64,000 bases of DNA from Piromyces finnis finn (taxonomy: Eukaryota; Fungi; Neocallimastigomycota), in NCBI GenBank assembly GCA_002104945.1, contig MCFH01000037.1, positions 1 to 64,000 on the forward strand, in the 5' to 3' direction. Of the stretch, positions 1 to 14,153 are shown piece by piece. A program made the translations under genes and the position numbers. The notes beneath the pieces are model-generated. The model saw nothing but the letters and a program-made list of their open reading frames with translations. It was not told the origin of the DNA and did no database searches. How positions within the stretch are numbered: position 1 is the stretch's first letter; each line of letters opens with the position of its first letter.

Positions 1-1239
1 AGACCATTAGTTAGTAAAACTTCTTATCGTATTGTTAATACTCTCAGAACTCTTGGAGCAGCTCCTGAACCAAATATCACCGTTTTATGGAATAATAAAC
101 TTCCAACATCTTTCAAAAATTTCTGTAACAAAATTTCAATTGATACTTCATCCATTCAATATGAAAGTGACAATCTCATGAACGATATGTTTGGAGATGA
201 CTATGCAATTGCCTGTTGCGTTTCACAAATGAGAATTGGAAAAGATATGCAATTCTTCGGAGCTCGTTGCAACTTGGCCAAACTTTTACTTTATGCTTTC
301 AATCATGGTTATGATGAAAGAACAGAAAAGCAAGTCGGACCAGATTTCGGAGATATCAAATTAAATGAAGATGGATCTGTTAATTTCGAATCAGCATGGG
401 AAATTTATGATAAAGCAATGGATTGGATTGCATGTCTTTATGTCAACACCATGAACACCATTCACTATTCTCATGATAGATATTGTTATGAAGCTGTTCA
501 AATGGCATTACATGATACAAATGTTCATCGCTACATGGCATTTGGTATTGCAGGTTTCTCTGTCATTGTTGATTCATTCTCAGCTATTAAGCATGCTAAA
601 GTATTTCCAATTCGTAATCCTGAAACAGGATTAACTACCGACTTCAAAATTGAAGGTGATTTCCCCAAATTCGGAAATGATGATGATCGTGTTGATCAAT
701 TTGCCATTGAACTCCCTAAAATATTCCTTGGCAAATTAAAGAAATATCCAGCATACAGAGGAGCAGAACATACATTATCTATTTTAACCATTACATCTAA
801 TGTTGTTTATGGTAAGAAGACAGGATCCACACCTGATGGACGTAAAAGTGGAGAAGCATTTGCACCAGGATGTAATCCAATGCATGGTCGTGAAACTAAT
901 GGCGCAGTAGCTTCACTCAATTCCGTTAGTAAAGTTGAATATGAATATTGTAAAGATGGTATTTCCAATACATTTACATTTGTTCCTACCGTGTTAGGTA
1001 AAATTGAAAATGAACGTATTATTAATCTCACAGGATTATTAGATGGCTACTTTAGTCAAGGCGGATTCCACCTAAATGTTAATGTTTTAGTTCGTGAAAC
1101 ATTAGAAGATGCCATGATTCATCCCGAAAACTATCCAAACTTAACCATTCGTGTTTCAGGATATGCAGTTCACTTTATTCGTTTATCGCCACAACAACAA
1201 AGAGAAGTTATTGCAAGAACTTTCCATGAAACTCTTTAA
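1..1239 (+). CDS. pflB: Pyruvate formate-lyase, cytosolic-type, 5'-truncated by the window edge
   Basis: Open frame from base 1 (RPLVSKTS...). Has the catalytic IACCVS Cys-Cys pair and the glycyl-radical RVSGY motif. Nearly identical to the genes at 57646-59847 and 61385-63586. Confidence 0.95.
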   Translation, partial: RPLVSKTSYRIVNTLRTLGAAPEPNITVLWNNKLPTSFKNFCNKISIDTSSIQYESDNLMNDMFGDDYAIACCVSQMRIGKDMQFFGARCNLAKLLLYAFNHGYDERTEKQVGPDFGDIKLNEDGSVNFESAWEIYDKAMDWIACLYVNTMNTIHYSHDRYCYEAVQMALHDTNVHRYMAFGIAGFSVIVDSFSAIKHAKVFPIRNPETGLTTDFKIEGDFPKFGNDDDRVDQFAIELPKIFLGKLKKYPAYRGAEHTLSILTITSNVVYGKKTGSTPDGRKSGEAFAPGCNPMHGRETNGAVASLNSVSKVEYEYCKDGISNTFTFVPTVLGKIENERIINLTGLLDGYFSQGGFHLNVNVLVRETLEDAMIHPENYPNLTIRVSGYAVHFIRLSPQQQREVIARTFHETL

Positions 1240-1883
1240 AAATAAATTAAATACTTTTTTATTTTAAATAGACTAATAAATATAACAATCAATAAATATA
1301 CCAATAACCAATAATTAACAATTTAAAAATATATATATTTAATTAAATACTATCATTTTATTTATTCTATTATTTTAATGTAAATAACCCTTTTTTAATA
1401 TAAAAAAAGATAAAATTTATGCAATAAAAAAAAAAAATATAAATTATAATTATTATTATTTTTATAATATTTTTATTTGAATAAAAATAAGTAATGTTAA
1501 TATCATAAAACTATAAATGATGAATATAAATGTATTTCAGAATGTTATTTTTTTATTTAATTATATAATTATTCATTATTATCATTATTATAATTTCTTC
1601 ATATAAAAAGTCTTATTCTTTTTTTTTTTTTAATATTTTTTATATATAATAATTTATCCTTCATGAAATTAACTATATAAATCTTAAAATTTTAAATATT
1701 GCATTTTTTCATTAATATATAATTATTTATTTTCAACAATGCTATATTAATAAATATAAATTATAAATTGTTATAATTATAATTAACTTTTCGATTAAAA
1801 ATTAAATAATTGTTTTTAAAAATATTACATAAAATTCTTTTTTACTATATTATCAAGAAGATGTTTAATAAATTTACTAAAAA

Positions 1884-2056
1884 GAAGTAACGAATGGGCG
1901 ATACATAATGAAATGGAATTTTGTATTCAGAAATGTTCAACGATGATGATTTGTCCTGAATCAGTTAAAAATCAGAACAAGAAAGATCTAACATTTTACT
2001 TAGCAGAAAAACCCATTCCAACCACTGATTGCTACACTTATCTTGATGTTCCATTT
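1884..2056 (+). mobile_element. Degraded fragment of the local LINE (RT 3' region)
   Basis: Aligns by eye to ~21609-21777 of the intact element (GAATGGG...AATGAAATGGAATTT...CCCATTCCAAC...GTTCCATTT), with many substitutions. Confidence 0.85.
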
Positions 2057-2374
2057 AATTAAAAAATAATTAAATTTCAATAATAAAATTTATAAATTAT
2101 TTATTATTATAGAAAATTATAATATTATAAATATTATTTTATTTTTAAATTTTTTAGTAATTATAAAAATAATGAAAAATAGTTACTATTATTGTAAATC
2201 ATATTCATGATTGTATTTTTATTATTTTTGTTTTAAATTATTATTGTAATTATTATTATATATAACTTATAGTAATGTAAATATCTTTTAATAAAAATTA
2301 ATAATATATATGATAGGTATAATATCTAGAAAGTATTTTAATTTGATAGCTTAAGTTGATCATATAAATATATA

Positions 2375-3003
2375 TTTTAACGGAATCAAATATATTTAAA
2401 CTTTATTATTAATTTAATTATAATTATAATACATGTTATAAAAAATAAAATTAAAAATAAAAAATAAAAAAATAAAAATTAAAAAAATAAACACAAATGA
2501 ATAAAAATTGGTTATAATGTATTTTAGTAATTTTAATTAAAGTAAGAAAGCCACTATTACACTAAAGTATAATAATTGTATTTGACTTCCAATGAGACAC
2601 CGCTAAGTTAAAGATCAAAATTTTGACATGTTTCTTACTGCTTCTTCAACATTGACGCTCTTAGTTGTTGCTTCAAACCTTTTAAACATTGACCATTGTC
2701 GACCAATAACAAAAGGCATGATTTTGGTTAGAAGTTCTGCTGTTGCCGTCAAAAATGGTGTTTCTTCGTAAGTGCCCGATTGAATCTGACACTTCCAAAG
2801 TTCTTTTCATTCCCTTGTATTGGAATTGATATTATTAAAACTTATTCTTCCAAGAAGGAATTTAAATATTTTATTGCACATACTAGAATAATCAAGCACA
2901 TTAATATTCACCGGATTATTAGAACTATTACTACTATTAACTAAATAACTATCCAAATTAGAATTATTATCTTCATTATTACTATTATTATTCCTATTGT
3001 TAC

Positions 3004-3034
<31 letters not shown>

Positions 3035-3869
3035 ATTATTATTATTATTATTATCTCTATTGATATTAACATTTTCATTATTATTGATAGGACTGTTAGA
3101 ATTACATTGACTGAAAAAGTTCAATAGTTGAATTACATAATTATAATGCTTAATACGGATATCTCCAAAACTTGGACAATCTAATAACAAATGTTTAATA
3201 CTTTGGTCACCACTCTTGCAACATGGACAGTAGTTAGGACAAACTGGATCAACAAATTTAGCAGCTTCTGCAACTTTAGCATCCAACTTATATCCACTCT
3301 TACTTTCAATAGCCAGTAAAAACCATAAGTAAATTCTTGATTTAATAGTTTCAATAAATTTATTATCATCATAGAGCTTTGATTGAATTTCCTTTGATAT
3401 CTTTCCAATAAAAGTTTTTAACTGTTTTAATATTTCCATGCTTCTTTAATTTTTTATCAAAAGTCCTACTTGATTTGCACCATGTATATTTTCTAAATTT
3501 AGGAATGTAATTGACAAGGTATGTAATAATACAATTTGAGTTTTTCCACTTGTTAAAACATCTAACCTGAGCTAATGTTCATTTGGCTGGAAATGGAGGA
3601 ATATTCAAATCTTTTGATATAGAGCATAGAGATATAAACGATAAAACTTTATGAACTCCCGCAACTCATCGTATTCCTTTAGTATCATGTTTCTGAGCAA
3701 TCCTAAACATAGCTTTGATGAATCCAAGTAATGGTACAAAGTATGAAACTCTGCTGATCACTTGTGAGTTAAGTACTAGTTTTTTGAAAGGAATAAGAAT
3801 ATTAGGATTTTTTGAAGAAAGTCTTTTCAAAACTTTGTTATTAAGAGCTTTAATAGCTGATTTAAGGGA
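2375..3869 (-). mobile_element. Degraded 3' part of the same LINE family (C-terminal Zn-finger region, 3'UTR, short A tail)
   Basis: ORF 2807-3439 contains CPCCKSGDQSIKHLLLDCP and the Asn-rich tract. The reverse complement matches ~21790-23400 of the intact element, including the 3' end TTTGAT(G/T)CCGTTAAAA. Frameshifted. Confidence 0.9.
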
Positions 3870-5131
3870 AAAATAATAAAAACAATAGGTAACATATTTT
3901 TTAATGAATATTTGTTTCTAATAAAAATTAAAAAAAAAGTTGGTTTTAAATATAATATTTTAAACACGATCATTAAAGATTAGTTAGTTATAAACCTTTT
4001 TAAAAAGTTAATTTTTATATTTATAATAATAATTTTTAGATTTATAATTTGATATTAATTTTTTTTTTCGGTTTTGCTTTATCAGTTATATATCAAAATT
4101 AATTGCTATATATAGATATTTTCTATTTAATTAAAATTATAAATATATATAGATGAAAAAAGTACAGATGAATAATATTATCAAGTCAAGTTCAAGTTTT
4201 TATTTTATTGTATAGTTGTTAGTTATGTGCATGAATTAAGGTGTGTCTAGGGCTGACTATTAAGTATTACATCAGGAGGATCATAACCATCTAACAATTT
4301 GAAGTAACTATCATTTTTCTAAGAACCACCATTAAAATTACTCTAATAGATGTGAGAAATGAACTTGCTAGTTATAAAAAAGTTTTAATTTAAAAGATTA
4401 AAATTTTTATTTTTATTACATATTATTTTAGAAAGATAGCTCAAAATCTTTTATCACTATCACTAATTATTTATGATTGTTTTTGAAAGCTATATATGAA
4501 AATTGTCACATAAATTCAATAAATCAATTATAAAAATTAAAATTAATGTTATTATATAATTAATAATATTAGAATTAAAATATATTATTAAATAATAATG
4601 GAAATAATAATAATATGAATTAATAACATGAAGTTTTATTAAATATGTTTACATTTAGATAAATATATCTTACATTATTATATTACAAAATAATGTTTTG
4701 AATTAATTAAAAAATTTTATATTTGTTAATAAATTTTGCTATATATACATTATTAATATTATTAATTATTATTATAAGTAGGGTATAATAAATTAATACA
4801 TAAATTGTTTTTTCTTTATAATAGATAAAACAATTTAATTATAGATACTATTTGATAGTTTTTCTATTAAAATTATTTTTAACTAATACTTAAATTTTAA
4901 AATATTTAAGTATTAAGTATTATTATATATTATAATTAAAATTATTATTATTATTATTTTTTTTTTAGTGATGTTATTGCTAAATTAGTAGTTGGTAAAT
5001 AAATATTTTTTTAGGATTATTAATATATATTATGTTTAATGATATTTAGTTGAACTTAAGTTTTATCGTATTTCGTTTTGATTTTAATTATTATTATTAT
5101 TATTTTTGTTTTCTTTATATTTTGAATTGAT

Positions 5132-7573
5132 TTACATCTTTTCATGGAAGATACGAGCAATAACTTCCTTTTGTTGTTGTGGTGTTAATTTTACAAAATT
5201 GACAGCATATCCAGAAACACGAATGGTTAAGTTTGGATAGTTTTCTGGATGAGCCATAGCATCTTCTAAGGTTTCACGTTTAAGAACATTAACATTAAGA
5301 TGATGGGCACCTTTGGTGAAGTATCCGTCTAGTAATCCTGAAAGATTACCTTGACGTTCTTTCAATGATTTACCAATGGTATTTGGAACAATAGAGAATG
5401 TGTTTGAAATACCATCCATGCATGAATCGTAGTTAACCTTAGCAACGGATGAAAGAGAAGCAACAGCACCTGAGAATTCACGACCATGCATTGGATTACA
5501 ACCTGGAGCAAAAGCTTGACCTGCTTTACGACCATCTGGAGTAGAACCTGTTTTCTTACCATAAACAACATTGGAAGTAATAGTAAGGATAGAAAGGGTG
5601 TGAGTAGCATTACGGTAAGTTGGAGTCTTTCTGAGTTTGTTAATAAGCTTATCAGTGACAGTTTTGGCGAAATAATCAACACGATCATCATCATTACCGA
5701 ATTTTGGGAAGTCACCCTCAATCTTGAAGTCAACAGTTAAACCGGTCTTTGGATCACGAATTGGAGTGACCTTGGCATACTTAATTGCAGAGAAAGAGTC
5801 AGCAACAACAGAAAGACCAGCAACACCAAATGCCATAAGACGACGAACATCGGTGTCGTGAAGAGCCATTTGAAGTGATTCGTAGCAGTATTGGTCATGA
5901 GAATAGTGAATAACATTCATGGTATTAACATAAAGCTTAGCAATCCAATCCATGGCTTTATCATAAGCTTCCCACATCCATTCAAATGGAATTGGACCTT
6001 CTGGAACTGGTCCGAAATCTGGACCAACTTGCTTACCAGTTCTTTCATCTTTACCATGATTAAGAACATAAAGCATAAGTTTAGCGAGATTACAACGAGC
6101 ACCAAAGAATTGCATATCTTTACCAATTCTCATGGCAGAAACACAACAAGCAATTCCATAGTCATCTCCGAATCTAGCTGACATGAGAGCATCGGATTCA
6201 TATTGAATAGAAGAGGTATCGATAGAAACCTTGGTAGCGAAATCTTTAAAGTTTCTTGGAAGTGATTTATTCCAGAGAACAGTGATATTTGGTTCTGGAG
6301 CTGGTCCTAAATTATAAAGAGTATTAAGAACACGGAAGGAAGTCTTGGTGACTAAGGTACGACCATCTCTTCCCATACCACCAACTGACATAGTAACCCA
6401 AGTTGGATCACCAGCAAATAAATCATTGTATTCTGGAGTACGTAAATGACGAGCAAAACGTAATTTTAAAATAAGATTATCAACGATTTCTTGAGCTTCG
6501 GATTCGGTGATGACTCCATTCTTTAAATCATTTTCAAAGAAGCAATCGAGGAAGGCATCAACACGACCAAGAGACATGGCAGCACCATCTTGTTCTTTGA
6601 TTGAACCTAAGTAACCAAAATAGACAAATTGAGTGGCTTCTCTGGCATTTTTAGCTGGTTTAGAAATATCAATTCCATAAGATTTAGCCATTTGAGTGAG
6701 CTGTTTAAGAGCCTTGATTTGGTCAGCAACTTCACCAATTAATTTCATGGTTGGTTCATCCATCAATTTCTTTTGTAATTCAACTCTATCTATTTCTTTT
6801 TGAGCAATGAGACGGTCAGTACCGTAGAGAGCAACACGACGATAATCACCGATGATACGACCACGACCGTAACCATCCGGTAAACCTGTCATAATAGCAT
6901 TAGAACGTCCAGATCTCATTTCTTTAGAGTAAAGATCAAAGACAGCAGTGTTGTGAGTCTTACGATATTCTGAAAAAATGTGTTCAATATTTTCATCCAT
7001 TGGAACATTAACAGCATTAAGAGCATTTTTAACCATGTTGACACCACCGAATGGTTTGATGGCTCTCTTCAATGGTTCGTCGGTTTGATAACCGAAAATA
7101 ACTTCATTTTCCTTGTCAAGGTAACCAGGTTTATGAGAAGTGATAGTTGATGGAGTATGTGGATCAACATCGTATAAACCGCCATTTTCACGTTCTTTAG
7201 CTAAATATTCTTCAGCCTTTGCATAGAGCTTCTTTGTCTTATCGGTTGGACCAGCAAGGAAAGAACCATCACCTTCATATGGAGTGTAATGTTTCTTAAT
7301 CCAACCTTCAACATCGATTTCGGTCTTTGAAGCAGCATCACCGGTAATGGATGGAGCTTGAGTAGCGTATGTTTTAGTTTGAACAGATGAGAAAGTTGAT
7401 TTTTTGGAACTCTTATTCTTGAGACCAGAGGTAGTCATAATTGGAGTTGAAGTATGAAGAGCACGAGATGGTTTAGATAATCTAACACCAGCAATTTTTG
7501 TGGCAGCAACAGCATTAACTGGGACTGACTTAGCAATAGCGTTGTTAATTTGACATAAAGTTAAACTTTCCAT
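5132..7573 (-). CDS. pflB: Pyruvate formate-lyase with N-terminal organellar (hydrogenosomal-type) presequence, 813 aa, intronless
   Basis: IACCVS and RVSGY motifs. A ~80-aa S/T/K/R/A-rich, acid-poor extension precedes the PFL core ([12 protein letters not shown]). Confidence 0.93.
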   Translation of the reverse strand: MESLTLCQINNAIAKSVPVNAVAATKIAGVRLSKPSRALHTSTPIMTTSGLKNKSSKKSTFSSVQTKTYATQAPSITGDAASKTEIDVEGWIKKHYTPYEGDGSFLAGPTDKTKKLYAKAEEYLAKERENGGLYDVDPHTPSTITSHKPGYLDKENEVIFGYQTDEPLKRAIKPFGGVNMVKNALNAVNVPMDENIEHIFSEYRKTHNTAVFDLYSKEMRSGRSNAIMTGLPDGYGRGRIIGDYRRVALYGTDRLIAQKEIDRVELQKKLMDEPTMKLIGEVADQIKALKQLTQMAKSYGIDISKPAKNAREATQFVYFGYLGSIKEQDGAAMSLGRVDAFLDCFFENDLKNGVITESEAQEIVDNLILKLRFARHLRTPEYNDLFAGDPTWVTMSVGGMGRDGRTLVTKTSFRVLNTLYNLGPAPEPNITVLWNKSLPRNFKDFATKVSIDTSSIQYESDALMSARFGDDYGIACCVSAMRIGKDMQFFGARCNLAKLMLYVLNHGKDERTGKQVGPDFGPVPEGPIPFEWMWEAYDKAMDWIAKLYVNTMNVIHYSHDQYCYESLQMALHDTDVRRLMAFGVAGLSVVADSFSAIKYAKVTPIRDPKTGLTVDFKIEGDFPKFGNDDDRVDYFAKTVTDKLINKLRKTPTYRNATHTLSILTITSNVVYGKKTGSTPDGRKAGQAFAPGCNPMHGREFSGAVASLSSVAKVNYDSCMDGISNTFSIVPNTIGKSLKERQGNLSGLLDGYFTKGAHHLNVNVLKRETLEDAMAHPENYPNLTIRVSGYAVNFVKLTPQQQKEVIARIFHEKM

Positions 7574-8444
7574 TTTTAAATTGAGTATTGATATATAGTT
7601 AATATTAGAGTATTTTAAAATTGATGAAGTAACTATGTAATATAGTAATATAGACTATGATTGATTATTTATTTACAATGTAAAATATAATAAATATTTT
7701 AATTTATTTAATTAATTTCTTTGGTTTATAATATTATTTATAATAAATAATGTTAAGAAATATAATATAATTTCTTAAATGTCGTTTTTTTTATATTTGT
7801 ATTAAATAGTTTATAATGTATAAAACTGATGAGAAAAAAAAAAGAAAACTTTTTGATTTTTATAATAAAAATTTTTATGATTTATAACTTTTTAATTAAT
7901 AATATTAATTATATTATAAATATTATAAATATAAATATTGTTACACAGTATTGATTTCCTATATTTTTAGGAAAACGATGCTAAATTTTTTTTTAATTTT
8001 TTTTATTTTATAATATATTAATCTTTTTTTAATTTAATAGATTTTATTGTAATATATAAAATTATGTATATAAATATAATAAAAATTTTCGTTAAAATAT
8101 CCTACAAAAATTTATAATAAATTTTATATTTTGGAAGATTATATTACAAGTACATATATATATTTTATGTAAATATTATTAATATAATTTTAATAATAAT
8201 AAATTTTAGAACTATTATTAAGTATTTTACCATTTTTGGTTTATAATTTTAATTACATTATCTTTATGTAAATATAATGTAATTAATAAATAGACAATTC
8301 ATGTACATACATCATAAAAATATATATTATGAGAAAATGGATAAATTTAAATTGCTTATTAGAATATTTTATTAAAAAATAAAATTTATTTTTGTTTCTT
8401 TTTATTTTACCCTTTTTTAAATATATATTAAAAATTAATTATAG

Positions 8445-8645
8445 TTTTATTATCAACATCGAGATAACCATTTCTTTTTATTTCTTCAACACGGAGTTCA
8501 CAATATTTAGCCTAAACATCTTTAGCATATTGAGATGTTTCAGTTACGAGGAATGAAGCATCACCTTCATATGGAATATAATTTTCTTTAATCCATTTAG
8601 CAACGTTAATAATTTTCATTTTTAAAAATGTAATTTATAAATGAA
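8445..8645 (-). pseudogene. PFL 5' fragment (first ~58 codons plus 5' flank)
   Basis: Matches ~59680-59890. ATG at 8619 reads [27 protein letters not shown]..., with an in-frame TAG where the intact genes have TGG. No downstream PFL sequence. Confidence 0.85.
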
Positions 8646-10049
8646 AATAAAAAGTTTTTTGATATAGTTTTAAAATCAGTATTTTTATTTAATAAATGTT
8701 GTTACTAATTATTATTATATAATTCATTATATATTATTTTAATAAATAATTATTATGTTATGCTTATTATTAAAATCTTTAAATATTTTAGTTCCTAAAT
8801 AGAATTTTAGTATATAAAAATATTGAAAAAAAAGCTTTTTGAAAACTTTATTTCTTTTAAATTTTTTTAGTTTATATATATTATAATAAATATATTGTTG
8901 GAACAGGAAACTTTATTTTTTAATATATATAAGATCGGTAAAAATTTACAGAAAAGAAATTTATATATTTTTTTTTATTATAATTAATTAATATTTGTTT
9001 ATTTAAAATCATATCATAATGCTATTATGGAAAAATATATTGTAATATTAATAATTTAAACAATAACAAAATAATGTATTTAAAAATATAAATATTAATT
9101 AAAAAAAAAAAAAAACAAAATATTGGTTCGCAAAACTATAAAATATGATATGTCAATTAAAAAAACAAAAATTTAAAATATTATATTCATAATAATTATT
9201 TTGTAATTTAGCTTTTTATTCATAATTTAAGTGTTAAACTTTAATATAATAAATAATAGAATTAAGATAAAAAATTAGGAAGATTAAACCAAAAGAATAT
9301 ATAAATTTAGCATTTATGAATATTACTTATTGATTTTTTTATTAATTGACAATAAATTAAATAAAAAGAATGTTATTTTGACAGGTTCAAATATCCTAAT
9401 TAAAAAATTTATAAGATGTTCCTTTAATTGAGAAGATTAGATTATTAAATTAATATAATGTAAAAAAATATTGATTTTTATAAATTAAGAGCTTCTATAA
9501 TAATATAAAAATTTTATAACAAATTTTAATTTTTTTTTTTTTTTTTTTTTTTGCAGAAAGAATTAATGCATTACAGTTTAATTTTAAGTAAACTTTTTTA
9601 ATAATAACTTTATATATATATATTTTATTTGATATTGGGGATAGATAATATATATTGATATCTAATTATTATGGTCTTTATGTATATTTTAATAAACTTT
9701 TATTCTTCAAGTTTATAATATTTATAATTTTATACAAAACAATTTTTTTTATTTTTATTTCTTTACTTTTTATTCATTAAAAAGTGTTTATAACTTAAAA
9801 TTCTTTAATAAATGAAATAAGCATAATGATGGTGTTGTTATAGTACAGTTTTAATAATTAAAGTTATACAAATAAACAATAATCAGTAATTGAAAATAAC
9901 ATAATTTATTCTTCATTTTTTTTTTTTAGTAAATTTATGTGATTTTTAGATGCATCATTAATTATATAAAAATATATGAACATTTTATATAATTGTATTT
10001 TTAATTTTTACTTTATTTTTCAAAATTATATATAAGAATTTATTATTTT

Positions 10050-10865
10050 TTTAAGTAGATTAAAAAATCTACACCTCGTATTAAGGCAATGTTTTCTTTG
10101 TTGAAGTATTTTAAAATTTTATTAATGTCTGAAAAAATGTTGTAAATATTGTGTCGAAGAATTATGAGTTAATTATTGTTTCTATATTAATAATAATCTG
10201 ACTACCTATCCCTTCTCATTATAATAATAATATTAAAGAAAAAGATAATATTGATCAACAAACTAATAATTCCCTTATATATTTTATTAAACCATTTTGT
10301 AATGCTTGGGTTAACAGAATATTTTATAAGAATATTCTTATTAAAAAACTATTTAAATGTTAAAAAACGCATAATAATTGTATTTTTGACAAAGATAGGG
10401 TTGCTATGTCTTTTGATTTATCTCTTGAGCCAAATATCACTGTTTTATGGAATAATAAATTTTCAATTTATTTAAAAAATTCTTGTAATAAATTTTCGAT
10501 TAATACTTCATTCATTCAATGTGAAAATGATAATTTCATGAATTCCAAAAAATTATCTCTTAGTATGTTAAAGAAATATCCAGCATACATAGAAGCAAAA
10601 CATACATTATCTATTTTTACCGTTATATTTAATGTTGTTTATGGTAAGAAAACAGGATTATTAGATGGTTACTTTAGTCAAGGAGGATTTCACCTAAAGG
10701 TTAATGTTTTATTTCGTGAAACATTAGAAGATGCCATGATTCATCCCGAAATCTATCCACACTTAACCATTCGTGTTTCAGGATATGTAGTTTACTTTAT
10801 TCGTTTATTATCACAATAACATAGATATGTTATTGTATAAATTTTCTAAGAAATAATTTAAATAA
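10050..10865 (+). pseudogene. Collapsed PFL relic with several internal deletions; retains a 137-codon ORF (10406-10819)
   Basis: Ordered homology blocks: [13 protein letters not shown]-like (~10053-10165, weak), QDGAAMSF (10388-10415), [41 protein letters not shown]. Premature TAA at 10817-10819. Confidence 0.85.
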
Positions 10866-13800
10866 TAAATATAAAGATAACAAATTAACACTTTATTAAT
10901 TATAAAATTTATAGTTTTTATTAGTATCAATAATTAATGTTATAAAAACTCATTTTTATTAATAAGATTTTGGCCCATTTTATTTTATTTTAATTATTTT
11001 ATTATTTTTTAAATATTATTATGTTATTTTACATTTTTAAAAATATAATATGAAATAAAAAATATTTAATTAAAATATGTAACAAATATATGAAAAAATA
11101 TAAAAAATAAAAAAAAAAAAAAAAATTAGATAAAATATAATTGCAAAAATAAAAATATATGATTTTATTTTATGTATAATAAATAAAATGAATATTAATA
11201 AGTTCCTTATCATAAATACAAAAATTATATTATAATAATTATAATAAAATTTAATTATAAAATCTAAATTGCAGACTTTAGCAACAACAACAACATTAAA
11301 TATAATTAATATAGTGTTAATATAATACATAATCTTATCGTATATTTTGATAAAGCATTTTTTTTAGATTTATTAAAATCATGGCTAACACGCTATCATA
11401 TTTATATTAATTATTAATAAATTTATACTTTTCTATAATTTATAATATATAATAACGTATGCATGTATCATATTTTAAAATTTATTATATAAAAGTAAAA
11501 TTTTTTTTTTTTTTTTTTTTTTTAATAGAGCAATTTAAATTTTTTTTTTTTTATATGAGATTATAGGAAAAGAATAAATTATATATTAATGTTATTTCTA
11601 TTTAAGAAAGAAGTATAAAATATATATTATGAAACATAAGTTTTAATTTTAATTAATTTAAGATTTTGATTTTTTTTGGAAAGATTTTTATTAAAAAATG
11701 GATGAAAATTCATTTTTTTAAAGTTTATAAATCTTAAAATAGCATAACAAAGTTTAGTGTTTTTGGAAATGAAAAGACCATAAATAAAAGCATATTTTTA
11801 TATTACATTGTTCTTTCTTTCTTTCTTTCTTATTTAAATAGTAAATAATATGGCGTGAAACAATAATTACAATATTTTACAAATCAATAATATAATAATA
11901 TTTTTAACAATTATAGATTAACTATTGAAAATTTAAACTTTAGTTTCTTGAAATTTCAGTATTTAATATTGATTCTTAGTATCTTTATACATTATTCTTA
12001 AGCATATATATGTATTAATGTTAAAAAGATGGAAGTTAATATTAATTTTATTAGAGTATATATTTTATAAGCTATTGTATTATATTAAAACAAACTAAAC
12101 TTATTATCCACAAAAATGTATAAAAAAGGAGAATATACTATACACAAATACAATAATTGTATTACGAGACATAATAAAGTTTGAAGTATTAATAGGTGTT
12201 TACTTTTTTTAGATTGAATTTGAACATTTTTGTTGGGGAAAGCATTAATAAAATCAATAAATTATTGGTATTCTTAGTGGTACAATAAATATATTTCACT
12301 AATAGTAACATGATTTTTTTATATTTATAATTTTTTTTTGTTCCCTATATTTTGGTGTAATAAACATTTTACATTTTTATTTTCTATCAAATATATCACT
12401 TATCACTACATTATACATAACGTATTATAAAAAATATTTAATTTACTATTAATTGTATATTTTCAATACAATATACTATGAAATGTATTACATAATTTTT
12501 AGGAATAATTATTTTATATAGAATAAATACATTTCAACATTTCACAAAAAAAAAAGTTTATTATTTTGATGATTATTATTACCCAATAGATTTTTAATAA
12601 TCATGTTTTGAAAATTAATATATAGTATATAATATATTATTTCAATATTATATATAATTAATACGTATAGAAAGTAATAATCAATATTAAATAACATAAA
12701 TTTTGAATAAACTATTAATATATAAATAATATATAGATAATATATTATTATACATATAAAATATAAATAGTATTATCTTCCTTATTCAATACACTTATAT
12801 ATATTCCGTATAATACTTTAGTGTTAATATATAATAATATTTAAATTTTACTTTAATTAAAATATATTAAAACTTAATTATTATATTATTCAAAAGCAAT
12901 AGAATAAATAAAATATGGTTATTATAAATATATTACTATATATTATAGTATTGAATATTATGTGTACTTTCTAACCCTTTCGCTTTCGGATTTCAAACCT
13001 TCATTATAAAGGGGTATTATAACAAAATTAATTATTTTTTTATTCATTTCCGTAGTTAAAATGTAGCGTAGGGTAATTTTACCATAATGTTATTTGGTAA
13101 TTAGGAAACTTAATAATATTTTTCTTTTAAAATAAATTCTACCCTTTTCTTACTACTTTATTATCCTATATACTTTTATACCTATTTTCACATAGATTTT
13201 GTACTTTTAGGTTAATTTATATTTATTATATATTCTTATTTTCACATTGAACTTAAAAAACAAAAACTTCAATATTAATATACATATATATTAAATTATT
13301 TTTTTTTTCTTTTTTTCTTTTTTATTTAATTTTCAACAACTGCTTTGATTATATTATTTACCTATTTTAATTTATATTACTAATGTTATATTGAGTATTT
13401 AGTTTTTTTCCTATATTTTTATTACAGTAAAAGTTGTTAATGTTTGATATATGTATTATATGTATTATTTGCTATTTACTTGAAAATAATAAAGTAAAAA
13501 GCTTTTTGTGTAATAATTTTCATTTTTAAAATATATTTTTTTACTTATATTTTTTATTTGTTTAATGTATATATTATTATTATTCTATATATAATACAAT
13601 ACAATAGTATATATTGAAAATAAAAAATTTACAGAATATATATTGATTGTATAGATGAATATATTCATTTACCAATTATTGAATCCAGTCAAAAGTTGAT
13701 TTAGTTTTAATATATAATCAATGTATATTATATTTAAATTGTAAATATATATCAATATATAATAATATTATTCATTTTATTGAATAAAAATAATATATTT

Positions 13801-14153
13801 ATTATACATTATCGGTAATAATTTCATATATATTATACTTTTTTATAATATATTATATAATTTAGAATTTAAATTATTAAATGAAATATGAAATATTTAT
13901 AAATCTAATTCTGGCAAATAAGATTAAAGCATTTTGTAGCTTAATAAATTGTTTAAATAGATAAAAAAAAATCTTTTTTCTTTTTTCTACACACAAAAAA
14001 AAAAACAAAATTTTGAAATATTTATATAAAAATATTAAAAAATAAATATATAATTTTTTAATATTTTTTTTACATTATATTTTTTTTTACATTCAATAGT
14101 ATATTATTAAATATTAAATTATTTTTTATATATTATTAAAATAATAAAACAAA

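Noticed and set aside
160-180. YESD variant as a conversion patch from the organellar PFL
   Set aside because: The codons differ (AGT here vs TCC), so this is an independent substitution.
5362-6181. Short overlapping or antisense ORFs in the track (also those within the LINEs, BRO1, PFOR and other PFLs)
   Set aside because: Shadow frames of biased coding sequence with no independent motifs.
7965-7995. ACGAT..GC.AAA-like motif upstream of PFL genes (also ~60295 and ~60432)
   Set aside because: Too short and degenerate to separate from chance without motif statistics.
10870-14150. Long gene-free AT-rich intervals (also 51800-54300 and 55450-57500), including ORF 11070-11330 and slightly GC-richer patches near 4200-4400 and 12960-13100
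   Set aside because: Low-complexity sequence; no recognisable coding, tRNA or repeat signal.
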